DNA of 64,000 bases from Minisyncoccota bacterium (GCA_043780835.1 JAYWCB010000010.1:2845-66844); one strand, 5' to 3'; shown: positions 30,914 through 40,226, numbered from the stretch's first letter. Numbers and translations are program-made. Notes: generated from the sequence alone by a model not told the origin.

Positions 30914-31181
30914 GAAGTCTTTCAAGAGAGGCTAGAACTTCTTCGGCGGGGACCCCACCTTTGCGGATCTTGGTGAAATCAATGACTGTTTTCCAGCCTG
31001 GTCCATCAATCTCCTCGAGATCATACTCAACCTCGCTCGGAGGTACGATCGAAAACACCGGCTTTGAGTGTCGGAAGACGGTAAATTTCTTGCCCTTTCC
31101 TACAGCTTTGATGTAGGTATCTATGTTGTCACGCAACTCCTTGAGACCAATTATTGAATCCGTTGCTATGTATTTAGCCAT
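30897..31181 (-). CDS. Phd/YefM-like antitoxin
   Basis: IGLKELRDN...V..G..FTVFRHSKPVF. Confidence 0.8.
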   Translation of the reverse strand: MAKYIATDSIIGLKELRDNIDTYIKAVGKGKKFTVFRHSKPVFSIVPPSEVEYDLEEIDGPGWKTVIDFTKIRKGGVPAEEVLASLERLHGQGK

Positions 31182-31276
31182 GCAATAAGTGTACTATTTC
31201 GTCACTTTTTCGTCAACATTACTGAGATCGCTCCAAAGCACCCGTACGTCGCCCGCGCGAACGTCAAAATGCTTCA

Positions 31277-31546
31277 TCAGGACTCGTTATCGTACCCCTT
31301 CACATCGCCGTTTTCCCGCATTTTCTTGTCTTCGTACGGCGCAACGAGCCGTCGATAGAATTCACGGGCGACACTCGAAAGCACTCCCATGACCTCGTTC
31401 AGGTTTCCGTACCGAATGCCTTTTCTTTCGGCATACGAGATGCATAGCCGTGTGATCACATAATTCAACTCGCCAGGACCGTCCGGCTTTAACTCGTTGA
31501 GTATCTTGTCGAAATCCGGCCGCTGTTCTTGTTTTATGTATGGCAT
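31277..31546 (-). CDS. Conserved small helical protein
   Basis: MPYIKQEQR...GELNYVIT...EFYRRLVAPYEDKKMRENGDV. Confidence 0.75.
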   Translation of the reverse strand: MPYIKQEQRPDFDKILNELKPDGPGELNYVITRLCISYAERKGIRYGNLNEVMGVLSSVAREFYRRLVAPYEDKKMRENGDVKGYDNES

Positions 31547-31558
31547 ACCAAAATACTA

Positions 31559-32989
31559 CTATTCTTTTCGCGGGAACAAATTCTCGGGTTTCTTGTTTGC
31601 GAGTACAGCGGCTTTTATTGCCGTACTCGTTGCAGGCATGAATGGCTTGAGTAGATATGCAATTTCATTTAGTTCAGTGACACATTCTCGGATGATTTGT
31701 TTTGCTTTGTCTTCGTCAGTTTTTATAAGCGTGAATGGGCGCTCGTTTGCTAACCGTTGATCGAGAGCCGAAATTCGCGCCCACACGTATTCCAGTGCCG
31801 CTGCAAAGTTAAACGATAGTATGGATTCTGAATACGCCGCGGCCTGCGTAAAGGAAGAGCTTTCGAAAATTGTCAGATGTGTCTCTGAGAGCTTTAGAAC
31901 ACGCGATGCAAGATTTCCAATACCATTCGCAAGATCGGCGTTGTACGCCTCTTTGAAGCGCTCCATGGTCACATCCGAATCATCGAACGGATGCACGTGA
32001 CGGGCAAGGAAATACCGCAGCGCATCAATCCCATACTCATCCACGATAGTCATCGGATCGATTACATTGCCGAGACTTTTCGACATCTTTTGACCACCGC
32101 TCGTTATGAAGCCGTGATAAAAGATTCGGTCAGTATTCTTAACCCCCGCAGACATAAGCATTCCCTGCCACATAATGCTCTGAAATCGCACCTGATCCTT
32201 ACCCGCCATCTGCATTACTTCGCCCTCATTCCAGAATTTCTGAAAATTCCCGTCTGTGTCCTCAGGCCATCCGAGGGTCGAGATGTAATTTGTGAGGGCA
32301 TCAAACCACACGTATATGACCTGCGAGTCATCACCCGGTACCGGTATACCCCATGGCATTTTTTCTTTTACTCGTGATATTGAGAAATCCTGGAGTCCTT
32401 TCTCGACAAATAGCCTCGCCTCGTGTCTGCGCCATTCGGGAACAATGACGCCCTCACGCGATACATAATCAAGGATCGACTGCTGGTATTTGCTGAGTAA
32501 AAAGAAATAATTCTCCTCTTCAAGTTCAATCAGTTCCATATTGGGATGGTTCGGACACTTGCCGTCCACCAGATCCGATTCCTGCATAAAAGCCTCGTCG
32601 CCCACGCAGTACAAACCTTTATAGGTGCGCTTTTCAATGTCACCCTGGGCAAGACATCGTTTCCAAATCTCCTGCGCCGCTGCAACGTGATGCGGATCTG
32701 TCGTTCGGACAAAATGCAGATCCGGAACAAGATTCAATTTGGTTTTGAGCTCGCGAAACTTTGCCGCATATCCATCAACGTATGCTTGAGTATCGGTACC
32801 AGCCTTCTGTGCAGCCTCGTAGAGCTTTTGCCCGTGTTCATCGGTACCGGTCGAGAAAAAGACTTCGTCACCGATAATTTTGCGATACCGGGCTGTGATA
32901 TCGGCCTGTACGAGCTCGAGCGCGAATCCGATATGCGGATCCGCGTTCACGTACGGAAGCGTTGTCGTCAAATAGAAGTTCTTCCCCAT
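31559..32989 (-). CDS. metG: Methionine--tRNA ligase (short form)
   Basis: PYVNADPHIG, YVWFDAL, KMSKS. Confidence 0.97.
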   Translation of the reverse strand: MGKNFYLTTTLPYVNADPHIGFALELVQADITARYRKIIGDEVFFSTGTDEHGQKLYEAAQKAGTDTQAYVDGYAAKFRELKTKLNLVPDLHFVRTTDPHHVAAAQEIWKRCLAQGDIEKRTYKGLYCVGDEAFMQESDLVDGKCPNHPNMELIELEEENYFFLLSKYQQSILDYVSREGVIVPEWRRHEARLFVEKGLQDFSISRVKEKMPWGIPVPGDDSQVIYVWFDALTNYISTLGWPEDTDGNFQKFWNEGEVMQMAGKDQVRFQSIMWQGMLMSAGVKNTDRIFYHGFITSGGQKMSKSLGNVIDPMTIVDEYGIDALRYFLARHVHPFDDSDVTMERFKEAYNADLANGIGNLASRVLKLSETHLTIFESSSFTQAAAYSESILSFNFAAALEYVWARISALDQRLANERPFTLIKTDEDKAKQIIRECVTELNEIAYLLKPFMPATSTAIKAAVLANKKPENLFPRKE

Positions 32990-32998
32990 AGGAGATGA

Positions 32999-34063
32999 CT
33001 ATGCCGCATTACGTACATGTTCCGCAAGCCTGCCCGATTCGATGTCTTTTACAAACTCCTGCAGCGTCGCCGCGACGGGAACAGATAATATGACCCCCAA
33101 AAACCCGGCGAGTTCCGCACCGATAATCAGCGCGAGGATGACAAGCAAAGGCGGCACACCCACAACGCGCGTCACCACCTGCGGATAAATGAGGTGATTT
33201 TCGAATTGTTGAATGACGGTGTAGATAATGACAACAGTGATACCAAGCACCGGCCCGCCGGCAACGAAGCCGATCATGACGGCCGGTGTTGCCGCCAATA
33301 TAGGCCCGAACACCGGGATTAATTCAAACAGCGCCGTGATAACAGCGAGAATGAGCGCGTGCGGTACCTGGAAAATAAGAAGCGAAAGGTACACGAGCAC
33401 ACCAATGAGAACTCCTAAAATAATCTGTCCCTGCATCCACAGACCGATTTTGTGCTGCGAGCGTTTCCAGAGATCTTGTACATACGCGCGATGTGAGCGC
33501 GGAGACACAATGCGAATGAAATCATCCACCCCGGTTTCGACGACCGCAAAGTAAAACGAAAAGACGATAATCAATACAAATGAGAACAGTCCGCCAAAAA
33601 TCTTTGTCGCGGCAGAAAATGTGTTACTCGCGGATCCAAAATCAAACAAACTACGGAAACTCGCGATCACGTCACTTCCGGATAAATTAGCGGACGAGGG
33701 TAATCCGAGAATGCTTGAGTACGCCGTATATGCGCTCGACTGCGTAAATGTATCAAGATACGACGGTAACGAAGCGGCGAACGTACCAAAATCTTTCAGA
33801 AGCGACGGAAAGAAAAAGTAGAATACCAAGAAAAACAGAGTGAACATAAACAAATACAAAATAAGCACCGCAACAACCCGCGGCAACGCATGCCTCGTCA
33901 TTGCACGCACGCCCGGTTCTACCGCAGACGATATGACGACTGCGGTGAGCACGATAAGCACGACGTCGCGCAAAATAAAAAGTATCCACGCAAGCACGAG
34001 GAAGACGATAGTCTTGAGGAGTGTTCCCGATGTAATCGTTACGTGGAGATTCCGCTCGTCCAT
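32999..34063 (-). CDS. AI-2E/PerM family transporter
   Basis: IPVFGP, IQQFENHLIYP, GVILSVP. Confidence 0.9.
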   Translation of the reverse strand: MDERNLHVTITSGTLLKTIVFLVLAWILFILRDVVLIVLTAVVISSAVEPGVRAMTRHALPRVVAVLILYLFMFTLFFLVFYFFFPSLLKDFGTFAASLPSYLDTFTQSSAYTAYSSILGLPSSANLSGSDVIASFRSLFDFGSASNTFSAATKIFGGLFSFVLIIVFSFYFAVVETGVDDFIRIVSPRSHRAYVQDLWKRSQHKIGLWMQGQIILGVLIGVLVYLSLLIFQVPHALILAVITALFELIPVFGPILAATPAVMIGFVAGGPVLGITVVIIYTVIQQFENHLIYPQVVTRVVGVPPLLVILALIIGAELAGFLGVILSVPVAATLQEFVKDIESGRLAEHVRNAA

Positions 34064-34179
34064 CCCGTTAGAAATAGGACGCGGACACATTGGATGTGTC
34101 GCACCCTACTCGACTACTACTCATAAACTCGACGCTTCTGCCATGCTCTGATTCCGCGCGTCCGCGATTTCTAACGGGA
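34063..34179. mobile_element. Miniature inverted-repeat element, copy 2 (117 bp), inserted in a start codon
   Basis: TIR tcccgttagaaat/atttctaacggga; TCCA direct repeats at 34059-62 and 34180-83. Confidence 0.8.
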
Positions 34180-34196
34180 TCCATGCCCGCATCCTA

Positions 34197-35315
34197 TCAC
34201 GGAGCGTTCCTTTGAGTGATGGTTTGATCAAGTATTTTCCTAACTAAATGATGGGTGTTCCCATGCCGTAGAAGCCCCAGATATGATTGCATTATCGGAT
34301 CATTTTCTGCCACCTCGCGTGTATTTTTGCACGCACGACACTTAGTAGACCTTCGAAGCACGCGATGACGCGGAAAGTGCACCCATCCGAGAAAGTCCAC
34401 GCCGCTCGCGAATGTTTTTATAAATACCTTATCTGGATGCAACTCGAGCTTGAGTTTTTCATGCAGAAATGCCGCGATCTTCGGCAACAATGAGTCAAGG
34501 CGCGGCCTTGATGCAGAGAGTATTACGAAGTCGTCCGCGTAGCGAATGTAGTGCTTCGCTTTGAGCGTCTGCTTTACGTATTGATCGAACTCGTTCATGT
34601 AGATATTCACAAGCAGCTGACTCGTCAGATTACCGAGCGGCAATCCCTTTAAAGTGGAAGGTTTAGCCTTCCACTTTACTCCTCTGCTCATATCCCTATC
34701 TTCGCGCGGTCGCGTAGAAATAGGGATACCGGATCGGAAACTATGGACGACGTTTTTGATGAGCTCAACAGTGCGGATGTCGGGAATATACCCACCTACG
34801 ATGTCGAGAAGGATTGATTGATCGATGCTTGCGAAGAACTTTCGGATATCGCACTTGAGCACCCAACAGGTGCGGGTGTGATTTTTTGATACTTTGTATG
34901 CGAATTCCCGGAAACGATTCATCGCTTTGTGGGTTCCCTTTCCTTTTCTGCATGAATACGAATCTGCGATAAACGTGCGGTCGAAGAACGGGTAGAGTTT
35001 GCGATACAGCGCGTGGTGTAACAGTCGATCGCGTACGCTCGCCTTGTGAATGTCGCGGGGTTTGGGGTCGGATATCTTGAACGCCTCGTATCCGTCGTGA
35101 CGATACGTACCGTTCCTTAGATCGGTATGCAAGGCAAGAACATTACGCATTAGACTAGCTCGAAATTCCTGCACATCCTGCTTCTTTTGTTTTCCCCGCA
35201 CAAATTCTCTCCACGCCGCAAGAAGATTTACAACCGAAATGATATCCTCGTATGAGTGGCTGAAAACTCTCCGAGACTGGACCCCCCCCAACGGCTTTTG
35301 CCTGTTATTGAGCAT
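34197..35315 (-). CDS. DGR reverse transcriptase
   Basis: RDRLLHHA, KCDIRKFFASID, GLPLGNLTSQ, YIRYADDF, VDFLG; exact start uncertain. Confidence 0.95.
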   Translation of the reverse strand: MLNNRQKPLGGVQSRRVFSHSYEDIISVVNLLAAWREFVRGKQKKQDVQEFRASLMRNVLALHTDLRNGTYRHDGYEAFKISDPKPRDIHKASVRDRLLHHALYRKLYPFFDRTFIADSYSCRKGKGTHKAMNRFREFAYKVSKNHTRTCWVLKCDIRKFFASIDQSILLDIVGGYIPDIRTVELIKNVVHSFRSGIPISTRPREDRDMSRGVKWKAKPSTLKGLPLGNLTSQLLVNIYMNEFDQYVKQTLKAKHYIRYADDFVILSASRPRLDSLLPKIAAFLHEKLKLELHPDKVFIKTFASGVDFLGWVHFPRHRVLRRSTKCRACKNTREVAENDPIMQSYLGLLRHGNTHHLVRKILDQTITQRNAP

Positions 35316-35678
35316 GCAAAGAAATTGTACATCCTCTGGCTTCCCATACGGCGCAACATGGCACGGGATGAGCGTTTTGGAATCGGCAAACGAATCGACG
35401 AACTTTTGTTATCTGCACTCGAACAATTGCGAGAGGCTTCGTATAGCTCGGGAAGCGGAAAAATAACACTCCTCGGCAAAATTTTGCAAAGCACCGATCT
35501 GCTTCGCTTTTTCTTCCAATTGGCGTGGGAAGGTCAAATTCTCCAACAAAGACAGTACATTCTCCTTGCGGAAAATACGGAGAGTCTCGGCAAAATGGTC
35601 GGCGGATGGCGCAAAGGATTGATTGCAAAAACCCCGCCCCAAGAAAATAAATCCGTGAGCGGGGAAAGAAAAGAGTAG
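35256..35678 (+). CDS. avd: Avd-like four-helix-bundle accessory protein
   Basis: LPVI..AK.LY..W...RFGIGKRID...DLLRFFFQLAWE...LGKMVGGW. Confidence 0.85.
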   Translation: MAENSPRLDPPQRLLPVIEHAKKLYILWLPIRRNMARDERFGIGKRIDELLLSALEQLREASYSSGSGKITLLGKILQSTDLLRFFFQLAWEGQILQQRQYILLAENTESLGKMVGGWRKGLIAKTPPQENKSVSGERKE

Positions 35679-35788
35679 CGAGACAGGACCTGGTTGCCGT
35701 CGTTCCACCTATTCGGGTTCTCGATCGAGTTGGCCTCTACATTCCAGCCACCGTTGTCGGAGTTCCAGTTGGCGTTGACCGCCCAGAG
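35677..35788 (-). ncRNA. DGR template repeat (TR)
   Basis: 112 nt colinear with 36125-36236; contains 10 AAY codons and 28 adenines. Confidence 0.95.
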
Positions 35789-36035
35789 CCATATTGTGCA
35801 TTGAGTCACCTATGCCACTGCCCTTTGACTACTCTCAGAGCTGTATCGTATGTGGGACCTCAAAGTCCTCCAACGCAATGCACCGATTCTTAATCTTTTT
35901 TAAGAGCTTCTGCTCGCGCGCTTCCAAGAGATCTCTCCGTTGAAATTCTGACGATGCAAATAACCCGAGGCGCTGCGTGAAATTTGTTACACGTCACACC
36001 AGAGCACTCCTCGCTATGTAGTATACAAAAGAAAA

Positions 36036-36071
36036 GACCCTCTGAAACTGTTTTTAAAGTTTCAGAGGGTC
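36036..36071. other. 14-bp hairpin downstream of VR (cruciform/recognition element or terminator)
   Basis: gaccctctgaaact-8nt-agtttcagagggtc. Confidence 0.65.
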
Positions 36072-36122
36072 AGAAAAGCTGAGGGTTTAAAGTAAAACCC
36101 CAAAGAGAACAAGTGAGAAGAA

Positions 36123-36722
36123 TCAGCGAGACAGGACCTGGTCGCCGCCGCCCCACCTACGCGGGTCCTCGATCGAGTTGGCCTCTACACCCCAGCCACC
36201 GCCGTCGGAGCCCCAGCGGGCGTAGACCGCCCAGAGGATGCCGTTCACGTCGCGGATATACACAATGTTGGCATACCCGCTGGTGAGGAGCGGTCCGACT
36301 TCGCCCTTGCCCTGCTTCGAGAGCAGCGCAAAGAACTGACCGAGCTTGATCTCGCACTTTTCGGCGAGTACCGTAATGATCGGAGTATCGAGCGAGTGTT
36401 CCAGGAGCTTGTGCGCCTTGATGTCGGAGGCATCGCAGATACCCTCAAAAAGTCCGAGGAAGTTCGTGCTGAAGTTGTGGCCGATCCATGCAATACGCAC
36501 CGCAGCCTTCTTTGTGTCGACCGTGAAGTAGTCGGCAGCCTTAAAACCTTCGACGCCGGCGACCGAGGTGGTCGTCACGAGTTCGAGGAGCTTCTTGGGC
36601 TCGCTCGGCTTAGCGACAACGACATGTAGATCTCCGGCGAGTAGACGCATGAATGCGTCTTCGCCCCCGATCTTGTTGATGCCCGCCTCAATCTGGCCAA
36701 GGGTGAGATTGCCATATTTCAT
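36123..36722 (-). CDS. DGR target (variable) protein with C-terminal VR
   Basis: Ends in VR LWAVYARWGSDGGGWGVEANSIEDPRRWGGGDQVLSR; SD GGAAGGAG. Confidence 0.93.
   Translation of the reverse strand: MKYGNLTLGQIEAGINKIGGEDAFMRLLAGDLHVVVAKPSEPKKLLELVTTTSVAGVEGFKAADYFTVDTKKAAVRIAWIGHNFSTNFLGLFEGICDASDIKAHKLLEHSLDTPIITVLAEKCEIKLGQFFALLSKQGKGEVGPLLTSGYANIVYIRDVNGILWAVYARWGSDGGGWGVEANSIEDPRRWGGGDQVLSR
36125..36236 (-). repeat. DGR variable repeat (VR)
   Basis: 96/112 identical to TR; all 16 mismatches at TR adenines. Confidence 0.95.
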
Positions 36723-36869
36723 GATGGACTCCTTCCCGGCTGTTTGCCGGTGACTTCTCGCTTCCCGCGAGTTGAGGGGCCGTTGACATTTGCCACAGCA
36801 GAAAAGCTTCTTTCATAAAGGCCTGTCTGCTGCGGCAAATCAATTGTCAAAGTGCGCAACCTATTTATA

Positions 36870-38174
36870 TTATACTATACGAGAGGCCAACTTGTCAATA
36901 GGTACGCGCTTCTGGGCACCTGTATCACGGTCGCGAACAGTCACTGTGCCCTCGAGATCCGGGTTTTCACCAAGAGTGTCGAAGTCGATCGTGATACAGA
37001 ACGGCGTGCCGATCTCATCTTGGCGGCGATAGCGCTTGCCGATGTTGCCGTTGTCATCCCACATGATCTGCGGGATATCCTTTTTGAGCATTAAATATAC
37101 TTCTCGCGCCTTCTGCACGAGTTCGGGTTTGTTTTTGAGCAACGGGAAAACCGCCGCTTTCACCGGTGCAACGGCTGTATTAAAGGCAAGATAGGATCGC
37201 GGTTCGCCGCCGAGTTCGTCTTCCCGGTATACCGAGGCAAGCACAGCAAGAAATGTACGATCGACTCCAAACGAGGGTTCAATGACATGCGGAACGAGTT
37301 TGTCCCCTTCTACATCGTCCTGAAATTCAAGACTTTGACCCGAGCCCGTTTGGTGCGCTTTCAAATCGAAGTCGGTGCGATATGCGAGACCGTACAATTC
37401 TTTGCGACCAAATGGGAAATCAAATTCAAAATCGATGGTGCGCTTCGAGTAATGTGCCCGGTCGCCGTCTGCAACTTCGAGCTCGTGTACCGCTGATCGC
37501 GCAATGCCGACAGCCTCGTTAAAGGCATGCACGTTTTCACGCCACATTTCAAATGCTCCTTCCCATGTTTCCGGTCGCACAAAATATTCAATTTCCATCT
37601 GTTCAAGTTCGCGCACGCGGAAAATAAAGTCTCGTGGAGCGATTTCATTGCGAAACGCTTTTCCGATCTGTCCGATACCGAACGGGAGCTTCGGGTGGAA
37701 TGAGTCAACGACATTTTTGAAATTCACAAAAATCCCTCCCGCAGTTTCCGGACGAAGATATGAAACAGCAGCTTCGCCTTCGGTCGCGCCGATCTTCGTC
37801 TCAAACATCATATTGAACTGACGAACTTCGCCGAATGCGCCGCCGCACTCGGGACACGCCTCGCCCACGTGATCGACACGAAAGCGGCGTTTGCATTTTT
37901 TGCATTCAACAAGCGGGTCTGAGAAACCGCTCACGTGGCCGGACGCTTTCCACACCTCCTGATTCATAAGGATCGCGGCATCGAGTCCGTACATATCATC
38001 GCGATTCTGCACAAACATGCGCCACCATATATTCTTGATGTTATTTTTGAGCTCAACGCCAAGCGGACCGTAATCCCATGTACCGGCGAGTCCCCCATAT
38101 ATTTCTGAGCCCTGATACACAAAGCCCTTACGCTTCGCGAGCGAGATGATTTTTTCCATCGTTACATCCGACAT
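36870..38174 (-). CDS. glyQS: Glycine--tRNA ligase (alpha2 type)
   Basis: EIYGG, DYGPLG, LRPETA, FRNEI, EPSFG, YRRQDEIGTP. Confidence 0.96.
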   Translation of the reverse strand: MSDVTMEKIISLAKRKGFVYQGSEIYGGLAGTWDYGPLGVELKNNIKNIWWRMFVQNRDDMYGLDAAILMNQEVWKASGHVSGFSDPLVECKKCKRRFRVDHVGEACPECGGAFGEVRQFNMMFETKIGATEGEAAVSYLRPETAGGIFVNFKNVVDSFHPKLPFGIGQIGKAFRNEIAPRDFIFRVRELEQMEIEYFVRPETWEGAFEMWRENVHAFNEAVGIARSAVHELEVADGDRAHYSKRTIDFEFDFPFGRKELYGLAYRTDFDLKAHQTGSGQSLEFQDDVEGDKLVPHVIEPSFGVDRTFLAVLASVYREDELGGEPRSYLAFNTAVAPVKAAVFPLLKNKPELVQKAREVYLMLKKDIPQIMWDDNGNIGKRYRRQDEIGTPFCITIDFDTLGENPDLEGTVTVRDRDTGAQKRVPIDKLASRIV

Positions 38175-38210
38175 ATCAGAGGAGTGTACCGAAGCGCGGC
38201 CGTTTAACAA

Positions 38211-40226
38211 CTATTTGGAAACCGTTGCATTTGCCGGCAAGAATCCCGCATCGGGGTTTACCGTGAATCCGTTCGACGACTTACCAATTTGGCCGAGATT
38301 GGTCGTCACATCGGGCGTTGCTTTGCGCGTTACGATCGCGCCGGTTGCCTCATCGGTACCGGTCAACGTAACGTTTTGCACCAGTACCGGCTGCTCTCCG
38401 ATTTGACTGGTCGACGGAGTAAATCCGACAGAAATCGCGATTTGCCGGGGCTGCGTGCCGTTTTCTCCTGCGCCAGGTGCGATATCGCCGAGATCCCACG
38501 TAAACGTGCCGTCGTATTGATTGAACGTGAGATTTTCCGTGCGGGGCGCGTGTGACCCGATCCATCGCACGTATGAAGGTAATTTTGCTTTCACCTTTGC
38601 GTTTGTGAGCTTGCTCGACGTGTTTGTAATAGTGAACACGAGTGCTAATTGTGTTTCGGTGCCGGCTTTCGGCGGCATCGGACCGGACACCCCAAACGGA
38701 TTTTGGGTGTAGAGCGCTTGTGCCGCGAGCTGGAGATCCGTAGCGAGCCGCACCTGCGCGCGGGCTGATGATTGCAAATTTTGCGGCACTCCGGTTTCCG
38801 ATAATCGTTTCCCTGCCGCGTTCACACTAATGTCGATTTTCGGATCCGCCGTTGCAGTTTTTGGCTCGGGCATTTTAAATGAAAACGAGACGGTTCCTTT
38901 TTTCCCGGGAGGAAGCGTGCCGAGATCTCCTGCGGTAGATGTTTTATCCCATATCACCGTGTCGTCGGACGATCGATAGAACCCGTCATTTACCCGAACA
39001 CTTTCGCCATTCACGAGCAGTCCGTTGAGACGCGCCACGATCACCGCGTCGTTAATTTCAACCGTGAGATTATTTTGATACTCGATCGTAACCGTTACCG
39101 TCGTGCCCGGCTCTGCGATCGGGAGGTTCATTTTAGGTTGTGTTTCGAAATCGCTCGGCGTCGTCGTTGATTGACTCGAGTTTGTAATAATAGAAAGGCC
39201 AAGAAATGCCTGCGCAATTTTCATCTCATATGAGTTGTCGGCGAGTTTCGTCGAAACGCCGGATGATGTTGCGGTGCGCGTGCCCGCCGAAATGCGAAAC
39301 ACTCGCTTGTCTCCCTGCTCCCCCGCAAGCGTTCCCTGTACAAGAATTGATTTACGCTGGCCCGGCGCAAAATCCCCGAGTGTCCACGTGGTACCTCGTG
39401 CGGGCTCCGGCGTCGCACTCGAAAATTTAAATCCAAACGGGTAAGTCATATCCAGTACCACGTCGCGCAATGGCGCACTCGCGTTTGATGCGACACTCAC
39501 GGTGAACTGCACCGGTTGACCGGATGTGGTTTGGGAATTCCCGTCTACAGAAATAGAAAGTGGCGATGATGTAAACGTGAGTCCATAATCCTGATTCGCA
39601 ACGAAAATAGCGCTCGATCCCTGCACGCGGTATTCAAGCTCGACTTTCACGTTTGCATTCTGTCCGCTCGCGCCGGCAAAAACGGCCGAAATCGTACCCT
39701 GGCGCCGCCCTCCCGGTTCGATAGTGCCGAGCGATTGTCTGAGACTCGGCATGTCGGTGGCAAAATCAGCGACAGAGCGCGTCCCTTGCGGGAATGTCAC
39801 CAACAGATCAGCGAGCTCAAGCGGAACGCGATTTCGATTTACTACGGTGATCTGTAACTCAACCGGTTCGCCGCCCGCAATTTGCGGCGGTCCTGAGACC
39901 GAAATATCAATATTCCCCGGATTTGCAGGATGACTGCCTCCGCCGAACAAAAAATAATATCCAAAGAAACCGGCGGCCGCGACGAAAAATAATACCGAGA
40001 TCACGAGGAACCATTTTAAAATCGCACGGGTTGTACCGATGAATCGTGGTGCGACACGCATTTTATCGAGCTCCGGCTCCTGTGTTTTCCAGTCATCGCC
40101 GACAATTTCGCGATCGTGTTCAAGCTCGCGACGAGGTCGCTCGTGAAGTTGGCCGGAAAGTTTCCGCGAATACATCGCTCGACGCAATTGTTCGATTCGC
40201 TCCTTGTCGTGCTCCGAGGGTTCCAT
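38211..40226 (-). CDS. Membrane-anchored multi-Ig-like domain protein
   Basis: Single TM followed by repeated beta-rich domains. Confidence 0.75.
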   Translation of the reverse strand: MEPSEHDKERIEQLRRAMYSRKLSGQLHERPRRELEHDREIVGDDWKTQEPELDKMRVAPRFIGTTRAILKWFLVISVLFFVAAAGFFGYYFLFGGGSHPANPGNIDISVSGPPQIAGGEPVELQITVVNRNRVPLELADLLVTFPQGTRSVADFATDMPSLRQSLGTIEPGGRRQGTISAVFAGASGQNANVKVELEYRVQGSSAIFVANQDYGLTFTSSPLSISVDGNSQTTSGQPVQFTVSVASNASAPLRDVVLDMTYPFGFKFSSATPEPARGTTWTLGDFAPGQRKSILVQGTLAGEQGDKRVFRISAGTRTATSSGVSTKLADNSYEMKIAQAFLGLSIITNSSQSTTTPSDFETQPKMNLPIAEPGTTVTVTIEYQNNLTVEINDAVIVARLNGLLVNGESVRVNDGFYRSSDDTVIWDKTSTAGDLGTLPPGKKGTVSFSFKMPEPKTATADPKIDISVNAAGKRLSETGVPQNLQSSARAQVRLATDLQLAAQALYTQNPFGVSGPMPPKAGTETQLALVFTITNTSSKLTNAKVKAKLPSYVRWIGSHAPRTENLTFNQYDGTFTWDLGDIAPGAGENGTQPRQIAISVGFTPSTSQIGEQPVLVQNVTLTGTDEATGAIVTRKATPDVTTNLGQIGKSSNGFTVNPDAGFLPANATVSK

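Larger units (their letters stand above)
34197..36722 (-). mobile_element. Diversity-generating retroelement cassette (target-VR, TR, antisense avd, RT)
   Basis: All components present; TR/VR differences are adenine-specific. Confidence 0.95.

Noticed and set aside
34197-35315. Group II intron or retron RT
   Set aside because: GNLTSQ motif, short length and adjacent TR/VR/Avd identify it as a DGR RT
35534-35809. 91-aa ORF resembling the target C-terminus
   Set aside because: It is the translation of the template repeat (AAY-rich, stop-free by design), not a likely gene
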